Counted from the stretch's first letter, positions 51,487 through 60,660 are shown. The stretch is DNA of 64,000 bases from Candidatus Cloacimonadales bacterium (GCA_963665815.1 OY762463.1:1696001-1760000), one strand, 5' to 3'. The notes: generated by a model from the letters alone, not told the origin. Numbers and translations: made by a program.

Positions 51487-53436
51487 ATGAAAAATGCTGT
51501 TATATTAATCATTCTTGTAATTTCGATTAACCTTTTTGCGACTGAAAATCAGGCTGACTTTGAGTTCAAGCTCGATTTGATTAACTTTAAGCTATTGCCA
51601 GAAATAGAATTAACTGATGCATCCTATCATAGGCATTATGATTTGGATATGGTTTCCTCAACAAGATCTACAAAAGACGGTGTAACAATTGTTACTGCTG
51701 ATTATGGAAGGGCTGTAGTAGAATTATCTATTGAGAAATATCAACACTTATCTGATGCATATATTGTTAATGCAGTCATTACTGCTAAGGATGACATTAA
51801 TCTCGCAGATTTATATATAGCTCTTGAAATTCAGAATACGGTACATAAATTCGAGGGTCCTGAAGCAATATGTAAAAGAGACAAATCACTTAACTCACAA
51901 CTTGTTCCATTTAAAGACAGAGTAGTTGAGTATTGTACTGAAAACTCATCCTTTACAATTATTGGTTCAAAGTTCCCTGAAGTCAAAGGTGTTGAAGTTA
52001 TTGAAAATAATAAAATTTACATCTACTCCTCAGAATACCATAAGAATTACTGGAGAAAAATCTGGAGATGGAGAGATTGGGAGCCAATGATAAATAATCA
52101 AACTAAAAAAGGATCATTTATCATTGCTTTGGATCACGTAAATTATCCATTATTCAACAACTATCCCTCCGGAAAAAAGGGTGCATTCACCCTTTCGAGT
52201 GATGCAGATGGAGAAAGTTATGATAAAGTAAAAGCTATCTATTACGGTTCAAACTATGAAGATCATCCAGATTATAGGAAAAAAGGGCTTTGGGCAAATA
52301 ATTTGTTAGTCACAAAATCCATATTCGGATATAATAAAAACATTTATGGATTAGCAAAGCAAATGATTGCAGATGGTTTCACTATTGCGTACCATACTTA
52401 TCACCCTCTGGCAGACAGCATGAGCGACTTAAGGAAAAACCTGTTGGAAGAGACTGAAGATTTAAATATCAGATACTGGATTGACCACAGCTTTGGGAAA
52501 AATCCTGAGGATCTTACAGATTGCGGCTGGATACCTGACAGTTCCAGTTATATTTTAGACATTCTTGAAGAAGCAGATTTCAAGTATGCATGGTTATCTG
52601 ATGGGTTCAATTACAGCTTGAATGCATTTGATGATTATTGCCAGTTACCACATATAAACAGAGCTATGACAAAAAATTATGATTTATACTTTTTAGGTCG
52701 TAGAATGGCTAAATGCTGGACATGGAACCCTAATGAAGAGGAAAGTTTTCGAACTGTAACAGATAGAGATAGTTTACTTTCAATTATAGAAGACAGAGGA
52801 CTACTGCATTTATACACCCACATGTGCATGGGAGAACTGGACTATAGGTTACCTTTCATTGAGACAAACGGAGACACTCTCACAGTCCGAGACGATGTGG
52901 AAGAGCGATTCAGAGAAATTGATGAACTTCAAAGAAATCATGGATTATGGGTTGCTCCGGCTGAAGTTATCTATGACAGAATGCTTGCAATTGACTCGGT
53001 TGAGATTGTGAGTATAGCTGAAGATGAAAATTCCTTCCAGCTAGAAGTCAGGAATAATTCTACATATGATATTATTGACTTTGAACTAATTTTTGATGAA
53101 CAATCCATAACTCATGATCTCCTTTCCGGAGAAAACCAGCAATACAGTTTCAGCAAAATTGAAGCAGTAAATCCTGATCCACCATTAATTGACTACAGAT
53201 TGTATTTTAGTAACTCGTTGAATAGTATTATGTTCAGCTTAAAAGACAATATAGAATCAAGAGTAAATTCGATAAAAATTTATAATCTGAAGGGACAGTT
53301 GGTGAAGAATAGAACATTCGGTATCTCAAGCAGTACCTATTCTGTGGGTGTTAACAACCTTGCCTCAGGAGTCTATCTTGTTAAAATTCAAGGTCCGGAT
53401 TTCACAAAAATCCATAAAACCGTAATCATAAGATAA
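51487..53436 (+). CDS. Secreted protein with putative polysaccharide-deacetylase-like core and T9SS-like C-terminal domain
   Basis: Signal peptide; 'FTLSSDAD', 'YHTYH', 'WIDH', 'HLYTH'; tail 'IYNLKGQLV...LASGVYLVKI...KTVIIR'. Confidence 0.6.
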   Translation: MKNAVILIILVISINLFATENQADFEFKLDLINFKLLPEIELTDASYHRHYDLDMVSSTRSTKDGVTIVTADYGRAVVELSIEKYQHLSDAYIVNAVITAKDDINLADLYIALEIQNTVHKFEGPEAICKRDKSLNSQLVPFKDRVVEYCTENSSFTIIGSKFPEVKGVEVIENNKIYIYSSEYHKNYWRKIWRWRDWEPMINNQTKKGSFIIALDHVNYPLFNNYPSGKKGAFTLSSDADGESYDKVKAIYYGSNYEDHPDYRKKGLWANNLLVTKSIFGYNKNIYGLAKQMIADGFTIAYHTYHPLADSMSDLRKNLLEETEDLNIRYWIDHSFGKNPEDLTDCGWIPDSSSYILDILEEADFKYAWLSDGFNYSLNAFDDYCQLPHINRAMTKNYDLYFLGRRMAKCWTWNPNEEESFRTVTDRDSLLSIIEDRGLLHLYTHMCMGELDYRLPFIETNGDTLTVRDDVEERFREIDELQRNHGLWVAPAEVIYDRMLAIDSVEIVSIAEDENSFQLEVRNNSTYDIIDFELIFDEQSITHDLLSGENQQYSFSKIEAVNPDPPLIDYRLYFSNSLNSIMFSLKDNIESRVNSIKIYNLKGQLVKNRTFGISSSTYSVGVNNLASGVYLVKIQGPDFTKIHKTVIIR

Positions 53437-53454
53437 AATCGTGAATATAAAAGG

Positions 53455-53489
53455 AAAAGCCTGTTAGAAATTTTCTAATGGGCTTTTTT
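53455..53489 (+). terminator. Rho-independent terminator
   Basis: aaaagcctgttagaa...ttctaatgggctttttt. Confidence 0.75.
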
Positions 53490-53731
53490 GTTTTGTTCTT
53501 GTATAAACTAACGGACAACTGACTCACAAAAAAAATGCGTGTAACATCTCTACATCAGGTTAAAACTTTTGATAAGGTAAGATCTCAGTATGCTGCCTAA
53601 TTTGCACCTACACGTACAATATACTCCTGAAACAATCTCTGCTTCCAGTAATTATTTTTCTGATGATTAAGGATTACGGGTGGAAAAATTGAATAGAATA
53701 AAAAATTGTAATAACACTGTAAAAAAATAAC

Positions 53732-53759
53732 TTGCATACTTTGTAGGTATATGCATAAT
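53732..53759 (+). promoter_or_regulatory. Sigma-70-type promoter candidate of beta-helix paralog 1
   Basis: TTGCAT-N16-CATAAT; homologous to 56284-56311. Confidence 0.5.
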
Positions 53760-53819
53760 GATTGCACCTTGAACGAAGTAAGAAAATATATATAAACAAA
53801 ACAATTACAAGGAGAAAGA

Positions 53820-56207
53820 ATGAAACGAATTTACTTATTAATTTTATTTATTTCTGCTATTCATCTTTTTGGCGCGATAATCAATGTACCTGCAGATCAA
53901 GCTACGATTCAGGGTGCTGTTGATGCAGCTTCATCAGGGGATGAAATAGTTGTTGCTGATGGAACTTACACCGGAGTGGGGAATACAGACATAACCTGGT
54001 GGAACAAACAACTTTGGGTACATTCTGCCAATGGAGCAAGTAATTGTATAATTGATTGTGAAAACTCTGCAAGAGCATTTGTATTTGACTTCTCAGAAAC
54101 TACCGGAAAGTACATTACAAACTCGACTATTATTGAAGGATTCACAATACGTAATGGTTATATTGATGGTCATATTGTAGGTGGTGGAGCAATCTATATG
54201 GATGAAGGGTATCCAACAGATCCCGAGAATAAACTTGCTCCTGTCATTATTAACAACATTTTTGAGAATAACTATTCAGGTGTTTACGGTGGAGCAATTT
54301 ATTATTATTATGGTCTACCTGTTGATGAACCTGGACAACTCTGCACCATACAGAATAACACATTCAGAAACAACAGTGCACAGTATGGTGGAGCAATATC
54401 AATGCAGTACACCGAAATGAAAATACTCAACAATTCTTTTGAGAATAATTCGACTTTATCTGGAGGAACTGGTGGAGCAATCCACATATATAATGGTTCA
54501 GTTTCAGATTACAGAACATTGATTGGATATAATACTTTTAACGGTAATACAGCCTTGGAAAACGAGATCTACGGCACCGGTGGAGCAATTTACATTGCAG
54601 GTATGACAGGTGGAGCTGTATACAATAATGAGTTTTTCAATAACGAAGCTTCTGCTGGCGGTGGAGCAATATTCTGTGCACATTCTGAGTTCACAGTATA
54701 TAATAATCTTATTTATAACAACACATGTACATTCAGAGGAGCAGGAATCTGTATCTACAACTTTAACGGTTGTGATGTTGGCAGCAATACAATAGCAAAT
54801 AATACAGGCCCTGGTATTACGTTCAGTCCCTACAATGGTGATATAGATTCAAATATTGCGAATAACATCATCTGGGGAAATACTACCAGTTTCACTTGGA
54901 CATACAACCAGTCACAGGCTATTCCGACATTCCTTTTCAATGATATTGAAGGTGGAGTACCTGCTTTTGGAACCGATGCCGGTGGAAATATTGACGCAGA
55001 TCCTTTATTCGGTCTTCCAGCAATGGATATTTATAGATTGAGAAATGGCTCTCCATGTATAAGTACTGCTGATGCCGGAACATCACCTGCTAATGATCTT
55101 GTAAACAATGCCAGACCACTTGGCACCGGATTTGACATGGGTTGCTATGAATCAGATGATGATGGTGACTTCGTTGAAGCTCTTGCTTTACCAATAGATG
55201 ATATTGGATTTCACGAACTGCCTGTACTGGATGTTGCAATCCAGTTCGTAGAAGCTCATATTGCTACCGACCTTGATATAAATCAGATTTTCGAAGAACC
55301 TACAATTGTGGGTGAACTGCCGGGAACTGTGCAGAATCTGGGAAGAATAAGCTGGATTATTGAGTCATCTTCCGGTAATGTCGGTGAATACGAGCTTACT
55401 CTTGATCTTTCAGACGTTCCGGGTATACAGAGCTTCAACACTCTCCGCATCCTGAAGAGAGCAGATGACAGTTCTCCATGGCAGGACGTTGTGTCTGATC
55501 TGGGGGGAACTCTCGAGTACAACAATCCTTATATTACAATCAGAGGTTTGAGTTCTTTCTCAGAATTTGTGCCTGGTGGCGGCGAAGACAACTCTTTACC
55601 TGTAACTCTTTCTTCATTCAATGCTGTTGTAACAGATGATAACTTTGCAGAAATCAACTGGAGTACTCAGTCTGAGTCTGAACTGAGCGGATTTAACATT
55701 TACCGCAACACATGCGAAAACCTGAGAGAAGCTGAATGTGTAACAAGTAATATTGTACCTGCAACAAACTCATCAACTGTCAGAGAATACAGCATTACAG
55801 ATATTGATGTTGAAAAAGGGGAAGTATATTCATACTGGTTGGAAACTGTTGAAAATAACGGGAACAGTCATTTTAACGGACCTGTAAAAGTGACTATCGG
55901 AACCGGAAAGAAAAACGATGTCGAGGATATATGCAAAGTTACGGAATTAATGCCGGCTTATCCTAATCCATTCAATCCGGAGACAAAGATACAACTAAGC
56001 ATTAAAGAAGGTGAAAACGGAATATTGGAGATCTTCAACATTAAGGGTCAGACGGTAAAAACTTATGATAATCTGATAGAAGGTGAGCATACACTGACGT
56101 GGAACGGAACAGATAACGCTGGCAGCAGCGTAGCATCCGGTGTCTATTTCTACAGACTTTCAACTCAGACCATTAACGAAACTAAGAAGCTTATGCTGCT
56201 TAAATAA
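53820..56207 (+). CDS. Secreted beta-helix protein with Pmp-like GGAI/FxxN repeats and FlgD-Ig/T9SS-like tail (paralog 1)
   Basis: Signal peptide, 'TIQGAVDAA..GDEI.V.DG.Y', repeated 'F.NN....GGAI', 'LPVTLSSF' linker, 'YPNPFNPET...KKLMLLK'. Confidence 0.85.
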   Translation: MKRIYLLILFISAIHLFGAIINVPADQATIQGAVDAASSGDEIVVADGTYTGVGNTDITWWNKQLWVHSANGASNCIIDCENSARAFVFDFSETTGKYITNSTIIEGFTIRNGYIDGHIVGGGAIYMDEGYPTDPENKLAPVIINNIFENNYSGVYGGAIYYYYGLPVDEPGQLCTIQNNTFRNNSAQYGGAISMQYTEMKILNNSFENNSTLSGGTGGAIHIYNGSVSDYRTLIGYNTFNGNTALENEIYGTGGAIYIAGMTGGAVYNNEFFNNEASAGGGAIFCAHSEFTVYNNLIYNNTCTFRGAGICIYNFNGCDVGSNTIANNTGPGITFSPYNGDIDSNIANNIIWGNTTSFTWTYNQSQAIPTFLFNDIEGGVPAFGTDAGGNIDADPLFGLPAMDIYRLRNGSPCISTADAGTSPANDLVNNARPLGTGFDMGCYESDDDGDFVEALALPIDDIGFHELPVLDVAIQFVEAHIATDLDINQIFEEPTIVGELPGTVQNLGRISWIIESSSGNVGEYELTLDLSDVPGIQSFNTLRILKRADDSSPWQDVVSDLGGTLEYNNPYITIRGLSSFSEFVPGGGEDNSLPVTLSSFNAVVTDDNFAEINWSTQSESELSGFNIYRNTCENLREAECVTSNIVPATNSSTVREYSITDIDVEKGEVYSYWLETVENNGNSHFNGPVKVTIGTGKKNDVEDICKVTELMPAYPNPFNPETKIQLSIKEGENGILEIFNIKGQTVKTYDNLIEGEHTLTWNGTDNAGSSVASGVYFYRLSTQTINETKKLMLLK

Positions 56208-56242
56208 CAATAAAGTTACTGAATAAACCAGAGACGTACTTC
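55605..56242 (+). repeat. 638-bp direct repeat, copy 1 (identical to 58327-58964)
   Basis: Base-by-base comparison by eye found no mismatch; offset 2722. Confidence 0.9.
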
Positions 56243-56260
56243 GGTGCGTCTCTTTTTTTT
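56230..56260 (+). terminator. Rho-independent terminator of paralog 1
   Basis: agagacgtac-ttcg-gtgcgtctct followed by a T run. Confidence 0.85.
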
Positions 56261-56283
56261 GCAATAACACTGTAAAAAATAAC

Positions 56284-56311
56284 TTGCACGTTTTGTGTAT
56301 GTATATATAAT
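56284..56311 (+). promoter_or_regulatory. Sigma-70-type promoter candidate of paralog 2
   Basis: TTGCAC-N16-TATAAT; duplicated upstream region 'aataacactgtaaaaaataacttgca'. Confidence 0.55.
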
Positions 56312-56341
56312 TATTGTACTTGAAATGATTTCAATAACTGT

Positions 56342-56497
56342 AAGAACTTTGCATAATAGCAAAATTGAACAGCTTTGGATAAATAGTATCGATTAGATTT
56401 TTGAGTTCATCAAGAAAACTTCTTTAAGAAGCTTTTTTTAGGTCAGAGTTTGAGAGTTCTAAAATCGAGTCAACTACTCCAGATATGCAAAGATCTC
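56342..56497 (+). mobile_element. MITE-like repeat family A, copy 5
   Basis: aagaactttgcataat...ttctaaaatcgagtcaactac...atatgcaaagatctc; absent from the homologous 5' UTR of paralog 1. Confidence 0.85.
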
Positions 56498-56532
56498 TCT
56501 ATGATTAAATTAAGCAATTGCAAGGAGTTTGT

Positions 56533-58929
56533 ATGAAAAAAATCTGTGTAACAATTTTATTCATTTTTCTTTTTTCTCTACAATTATTTGGGGGAATTAT
56601 TCGTGTCCCTGAACATCAACCTTCAATCAAGGCAGCTGTAATGGCAGCCGAGACAGGCGATGTAGTTCTTGTGTCTGATGGTGTTTACACCGGTCCGGAC
56701 AATACTGAAATTACATGGTGGAGTAAACAACTATGGGTTCGCTCGGAAAATGGACCGGAGAATTGCATAATTGACTGTGAAGGAACTGCAAGAGCCTTTG
56801 TTTTTGATTTTGCCGGTCAAACCGCACGATTTGTTTATAGAGCATCAGCTATCGACGGATTCACGATTCGTAATGGTTATAATGATGAACAGAATGGTGG
56901 AGGAGGAGCAATCTTTATGGATGAAGGTTACCCAAACGATCCTGAAAACATACTTCATCCAGTCATTATTAATAATATTTTTGAAAATAACTATTCGGCA
57001 TCTTATGGGGGTGCAATATATTACAATTATGGTTTGGCTGTAGAAGCTCCAAGAGAATATTGTTCAATAGAAAATAATATCTTCAGAAACAACACTGCTA
57101 CATACGGTGGAGCAATTGCTATTCAATATTCAGAATTGAAGATATTGAATAATACTTTTGAGAATAACTCGTCTATTTCCGGAGGATCAGGTGGAGCTAT
57201 ATATATTTATAACGGATCAATCACTGACCTGTATTCAGAAGTATCATACAATACTTTTGATGGCAATACTGCTATAGATACTCAGGTCGATGGTACAGGT
57301 GGTGCACTTTATATTGCCGGAATGGCAGGCGGTGAGGTCTTCAATAATAGATTCTTCAATAACGAAGCTTCTTCCGGTGGTGGAGCAGTTTTCTGTGCTA
57401 ATTCATACTTCGTGTTTTTCAACAATCTTATATATAAAAATACCTGTACTAACAGAGGAGCAGGGCTTTGTATTTATAATTACGACGGCTGTCTTGTAGG
57501 TAGTAATACTATCGCGGATAATATAGGACCGGGGATAACAATCAGCCCATACATTGGAGATGTAGATTCGTACATAATTAATAACATTATCTGGGGAAAT
57601 ACTTCAAGTGTGACGTGGACATACAATCAGTCTCAAGCTTTACCAACATTCCATTACAATGATATTGAAGGTGGAGTACCGGCTTTCGGAAATGATGCTG
57701 GTGGCAATATTGATACTGATCCTATGTTCGGACGTAATGAGATGATAATATACAGACTCAGGGAAGGTTCTCCCTGTTTTAATTCTGCTTATGCCGCTGG
57801 AGCATGCCCTTCAAACGATCTTGTAGATAATCCCAGACCATTGGGGGCAGGCTACGACTTGGGTTGTTATGAAGCGGATGATGATGGTGATTTCGTTGAA
57901 GCTCTTGTTTTACCTGTTGATGATCTCGGGGAACATGCATATCCTGTAATGGATGTGACTATCCAGTTTGTAGAGGCTCATGCTGCGACAGACCTTGATA
58001 TGTTTGAATTATTTGAAGAACCTACAATCGTTGGTAATTTACCGGGGACTGTTCAGAATCTTGGAGATATCAGCTGGATTATAGAGTCATCATCAGGTGA
58101 CGTTGGAGAGTATGAACTTACATTGGATTTATCAGATGTCAGAGGAATAAGTAACTTCAACACTCTCCACATCCTGAAGAGAGCAGATGACAGTTCTCCA
58201 TGGCAGGACGTAGTATCTGATCTCGGTGGTACTCTCGAGTACAACAATCCTTATATTACAATCAGAGGATTAAGCTCTTTCTCAGAATTTGTACCCGGTG
58301 GCGGCGAAGACAACTCTTTACCTGTGACTCTTTCTTCATTCAATGCTGTTGTAACAGATGATAACTTTGCAGAAATCAACTGGAGTACTCAGTCTGAGTC
58401 TGAACTGAGCGGATTTAACATTTACCGCAACACATGCGAAAACCTGAGAGAAGCTGAATGTGTAACAAGTAATATTGTACCTGCAACAAACTCATCAACT
58501 GTCAGAGAATACAGCATTACAGATATTGATGTTGAAAAAGGGGAAGTATATTCATACTGGTTGGAAACTGTTGAAAATAACGGGAACAGTCATTTTAACG
58601 GACCTGTAAAAGTGACTATCGGAACCGGAAAGAAAAACGATGTCGAGGATATATGCAAAGTTACGGAATTAATGCCGGCTTATCCTAATCCATTCAATCC
58701 GGAGACAAAGATACAACTAAGCATTAAAGAAGGTGAAAACGGAATATTGGAGATCTTCAACATTAAGGGTCAGACGGTAAAAACTTATGATAATCTGATA
58801 GAAGGTGAGCATACACTGACGTGGAACGGAACAGATAACGCTGGCAGCAGCGTAGCATCCGGTGTCTATTTCTACAGACTTTCAACTCAGACCATTAACG
58901 AAACTAAGAAGCTTATGCTGCTTAAATAA
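56533..58929 (+). CDS. Secreted beta-helix protein with Pmp-like repeats and FlgD-Ig/T9SS-like tail (paralog 2)
   Basis: Colinear with paralog 1; ATG 56533 after AAGGAG. Confidence 0.85.
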   Translation: MKKICVTILFIFLFSLQLFGGIIRVPEHQPSIKAAVMAAETGDVVLVSDGVYTGPDNTEITWWSKQLWVRSENGPENCIIDCEGTARAFVFDFAGQTARFVYRASAIDGFTIRNGYNDEQNGGGGAIFMDEGYPNDPENILHPVIINNIFENNYSASYGGAIYYNYGLAVEAPREYCSIENNIFRNNTATYGGAIAIQYSELKILNNTFENNSSISGGSGGAIYIYNGSITDLYSEVSYNTFDGNTAIDTQVDGTGGALYIAGMAGGEVFNNRFFNNEASSGGGAVFCANSYFVFFNNLIYKNTCTNRGAGLCIYNYDGCLVGSNTIADNIGPGITISPYIGDVDSYIINNIIWGNTSSVTWTYNQSQALPTFHYNDIEGGVPAFGNDAGGNIDTDPMFGRNEMIIYRLREGSPCFNSAYAAGACPSNDLVDNPRPLGAGYDLGCYEADDDGDFVEALVLPVDDLGEHAYPVMDVTIQFVEAHAATDLDMFELFEEPTIVGNLPGTVQNLGDISWIIESSSGDVGEYELTLDLSDVRGISNFNTLHILKRADDSSPWQDVVSDLGGTLEYNNPYITIRGLSSFSEFVPGGGEDNSLPVTLSSFNAVVTDDNFAEINWSTQSESELSGFNIYRNTCENLREAECVTSNIVPATNSSTVREYSITDIDVEKGEVYSYWLETVENNGNSHFNGPVKVTIGTGKKNDVEDICKVTELMPAYPNPFNPETKIQLSIKEGENGILEIFNIKGQTVKTYDNLIEGEHTLTWNGTDNAGSSVASGVYFYRLSTQTINETKKLMLLK

Positions 58930-58964
58930 CAATAAAGTTACTGAATAAACCAGAGACGTACTTC
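58327..58964 (+). repeat. 638-bp direct repeat, copy 2
   Basis: Identical to 55605-56242. Confidence 0.9.
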
Positions 58965-58982
58965 TGTACGTCTCTTTTTTTT
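58952..58982 (+). terminator. Rho-independent terminator of paralog 2
   Basis: agagacgtac-ttct-gtacgtctct followed by a T run. Confidence 0.85.
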
Positions 58983-59047
58983 ATTCAGAAAGAGATAAAT
59001 ACATTGACACAAACAAACTTTTGATCGAAAATTTTGCCGGAGGTAAA

Positions 59048-60106
59048 ATGAATCACAAATACATATTTTTCTTAATTATTATTCTGTTCTCCTGTTCATT
59101 GTTTTCCGAATTCAAAGAGAATGCAATAGTGGTTGTAATGAAACCCGGTAAAGTTTTTTCTGAGAGTTCTTCTGATAGCAGACCTGTTTTGAATACGGAA
59201 ATCGGAGTTATGCTGACTGCTCTGGAAAAATCCGGTGAATGGATCAAGGTCAAAAAAAGAAAACATACAGGCTGGATAAGAGAATCTGAAATTGTATACC
59301 AAAATGATCCGAAATACAAGGGGCAATTCGTTGTAAAAGCAAATGGAGTTGCACTCGCAGATAAAATGTCAGGTAAAAAAGACAGAAAAGAGCTGAAGAT
59401 CCTTAAACTGGGAGATATTGTCACAATTGCTGAAGGCGAGAAAAAAGGAATGTCCAGTACATTGGTTGTACATAATGGAGTGAAAGGTTGGGTTGACAGC
59501 AAAAAAATTGTCAGAATTGGACCTTTGACTCAGCACGAAAAGGACAACCAGAAGTATCATGAAAAATTTCTCAGCGGAGATACAAAAGCTAATTCGGCAC
59601 TTGAAAAGATTCACAAATGGGGTGAACAAAGCAAAGCCAAAAAGAACATGGTTTTCGTATTCTCAGTAATACTTTTTTTACTTCCATTCCTATTCATGAG
59701 CAAATCCGTGAACTTCTTATGTTCATTCAAATTCATATCAAACTGGCTTGTAAATGTATACCTGATTGTGCTTTGGTTAGCGTATTTCCAATACCTGTTC
59801 CCGATGTACTTCTATTCACCTCTTTACACAAAAGTTATATTTGGAATTTTATTCCAGATTTTGGCAGGAGCCTGGGTATTCAGAGAATGGAAAAAAATCG
59901 ATTATGAGCGCTGCCCGAACTGCAAAGCTATGTTTGCAGCAAGAGACAAAGGAACTCATCTTCTTGGCAGAACTATCTTCAAAACAACAAGAACAAATAA
60001 AGACGGATATAAAAGTACAGAGACAAATGTAAAATCATCTTACAGAGATGACCGTCAATGCAGATACTGCGGATATAAATGGAGTATTAACAGAATAGAG
60101 GGTTAG
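59048..60106 (+). CDS. Membrane protein: two bacterial SH3-like domains, three TM, C-terminal Zn-ribbon
   Basis: Signal peptide; 'WIKV....HTGWI', 'GVKGWV'; TM segments; 'RCPNC' and 'CRYCGYKW'. Confidence 0.7.
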   Translation: MNHKYIFFLIIILFSCSLFSEFKENAIVVVMKPGKVFSESSSDSRPVLNTEIGVMLTALEKSGEWIKVKKRKHTGWIRESEIVYQNDPKYKGQFVVKANGVALADKMSGKKDRKELKILKLGDIVTIAEGEKKGMSSTLVVHNGVKGWVDSKKIVRIGPLTQHEKDNQKYHEKFLSGDTKANSALEKIHKWGEQSKAKKNMVFVFSVILFLLPFLFMSKSVNFLCSFKFISNWLVNVYLIVLWLAYFQYLFPMYFYSPLYTKVIFGILFQILAGAWVFREWKKIDYERCPNCKAMFAARDKGTHLLGRTIFKTTRTNKDGYKSTETNVKSSYRDDRQCRYCGYKWSINRIEG

Positions 60107-60124
60107 GATATTTATTACAGTAAG

Positions 60125-60152
60125 AAGGTGTAGAAATTCTGCACCTTTTTTT
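60125..60152 (+). terminator. Rho-independent terminator
   Basis: aaggtgtaga-aat-tctgcacctt followed by a T run. Confidence 0.75.
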
Positions 60153-60367
60153 ACATTCAATCTGATTCAGTTCCTGACAAGTATGGATATCTTTGCTGCA
60201 AGACTTCTTTTTCCTCAACACTAAGTTCTTTTATTGACAAATTCCTGAAATTCTATCATCAATTGCATTGTTATTTTGTTGTGTGAGTGGAAAATACCAG
60301 ATAATGTAAAATTGGTAACGCTTAACAGCATTTGTGTGTGAATTTCAAAAACAGGATACCGTATAAA

Positions 60368-60420
60368 AATCCCCTATAAAAAGAGGGGGGAAAATCGAAT
60401 TTATTCGATTTGGGGTGTGT
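60368..60420. repeat. REP-like palindromic element
   Basis: cccct...agggg hairpin followed by aaatcgaat/attcgattt hairpin and ggggtgtgt. Confidence 0.45.
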
Positions 60421-60458
60421 AAATCAATGTCACTAATCAAAAAAATACCTGCACCATG

Positions 60459-60660
60459 TTTCTTTATCATTGTATAGTAAATTTTTCCGTTAAGAAATCC
60501 TGAAGCTTGGAAGGATTTCAGGGAAGATTTACGGTTACAGCTTGCTGTAAATACATTTTGATAAAGAGTGCTCTTCGATGAAATCTTTGATTTCATCAAC
60601 TATCCCAGTTTTCTTTTGAATCGTTTCTTTGGACATTCAAAGAAAATGAAGGGAGTCTAG
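60459..60660 (-). repeat. Structured repeat family B, copy 2
   Basis: Reverse complement aligns with 37311-37474, plus an internal insert carrying the hairpin gatgaaatc-aaa-gatttcatc. Confidence 0.75.

Noticed and set aside
54180..54680. Recurring ggtggagcaat as a possible CRISPR or tandem repeat
   Set aside because: It encodes the GGAI protein motif inside a CDS; spacing is irregular and no cas genes are present
53820..58929. Diversity-generating retroelement (TR/VR pair)
   Set aside because: The repeat is identical rather than adenine-mutated, both copies are coding, and no reverse transcriptase is in the window
60345..60599. 84-aa minus-strand ORF
   Set aside because: Overlaps repeat family B and a REP-like palindrome; no recognisable protein features
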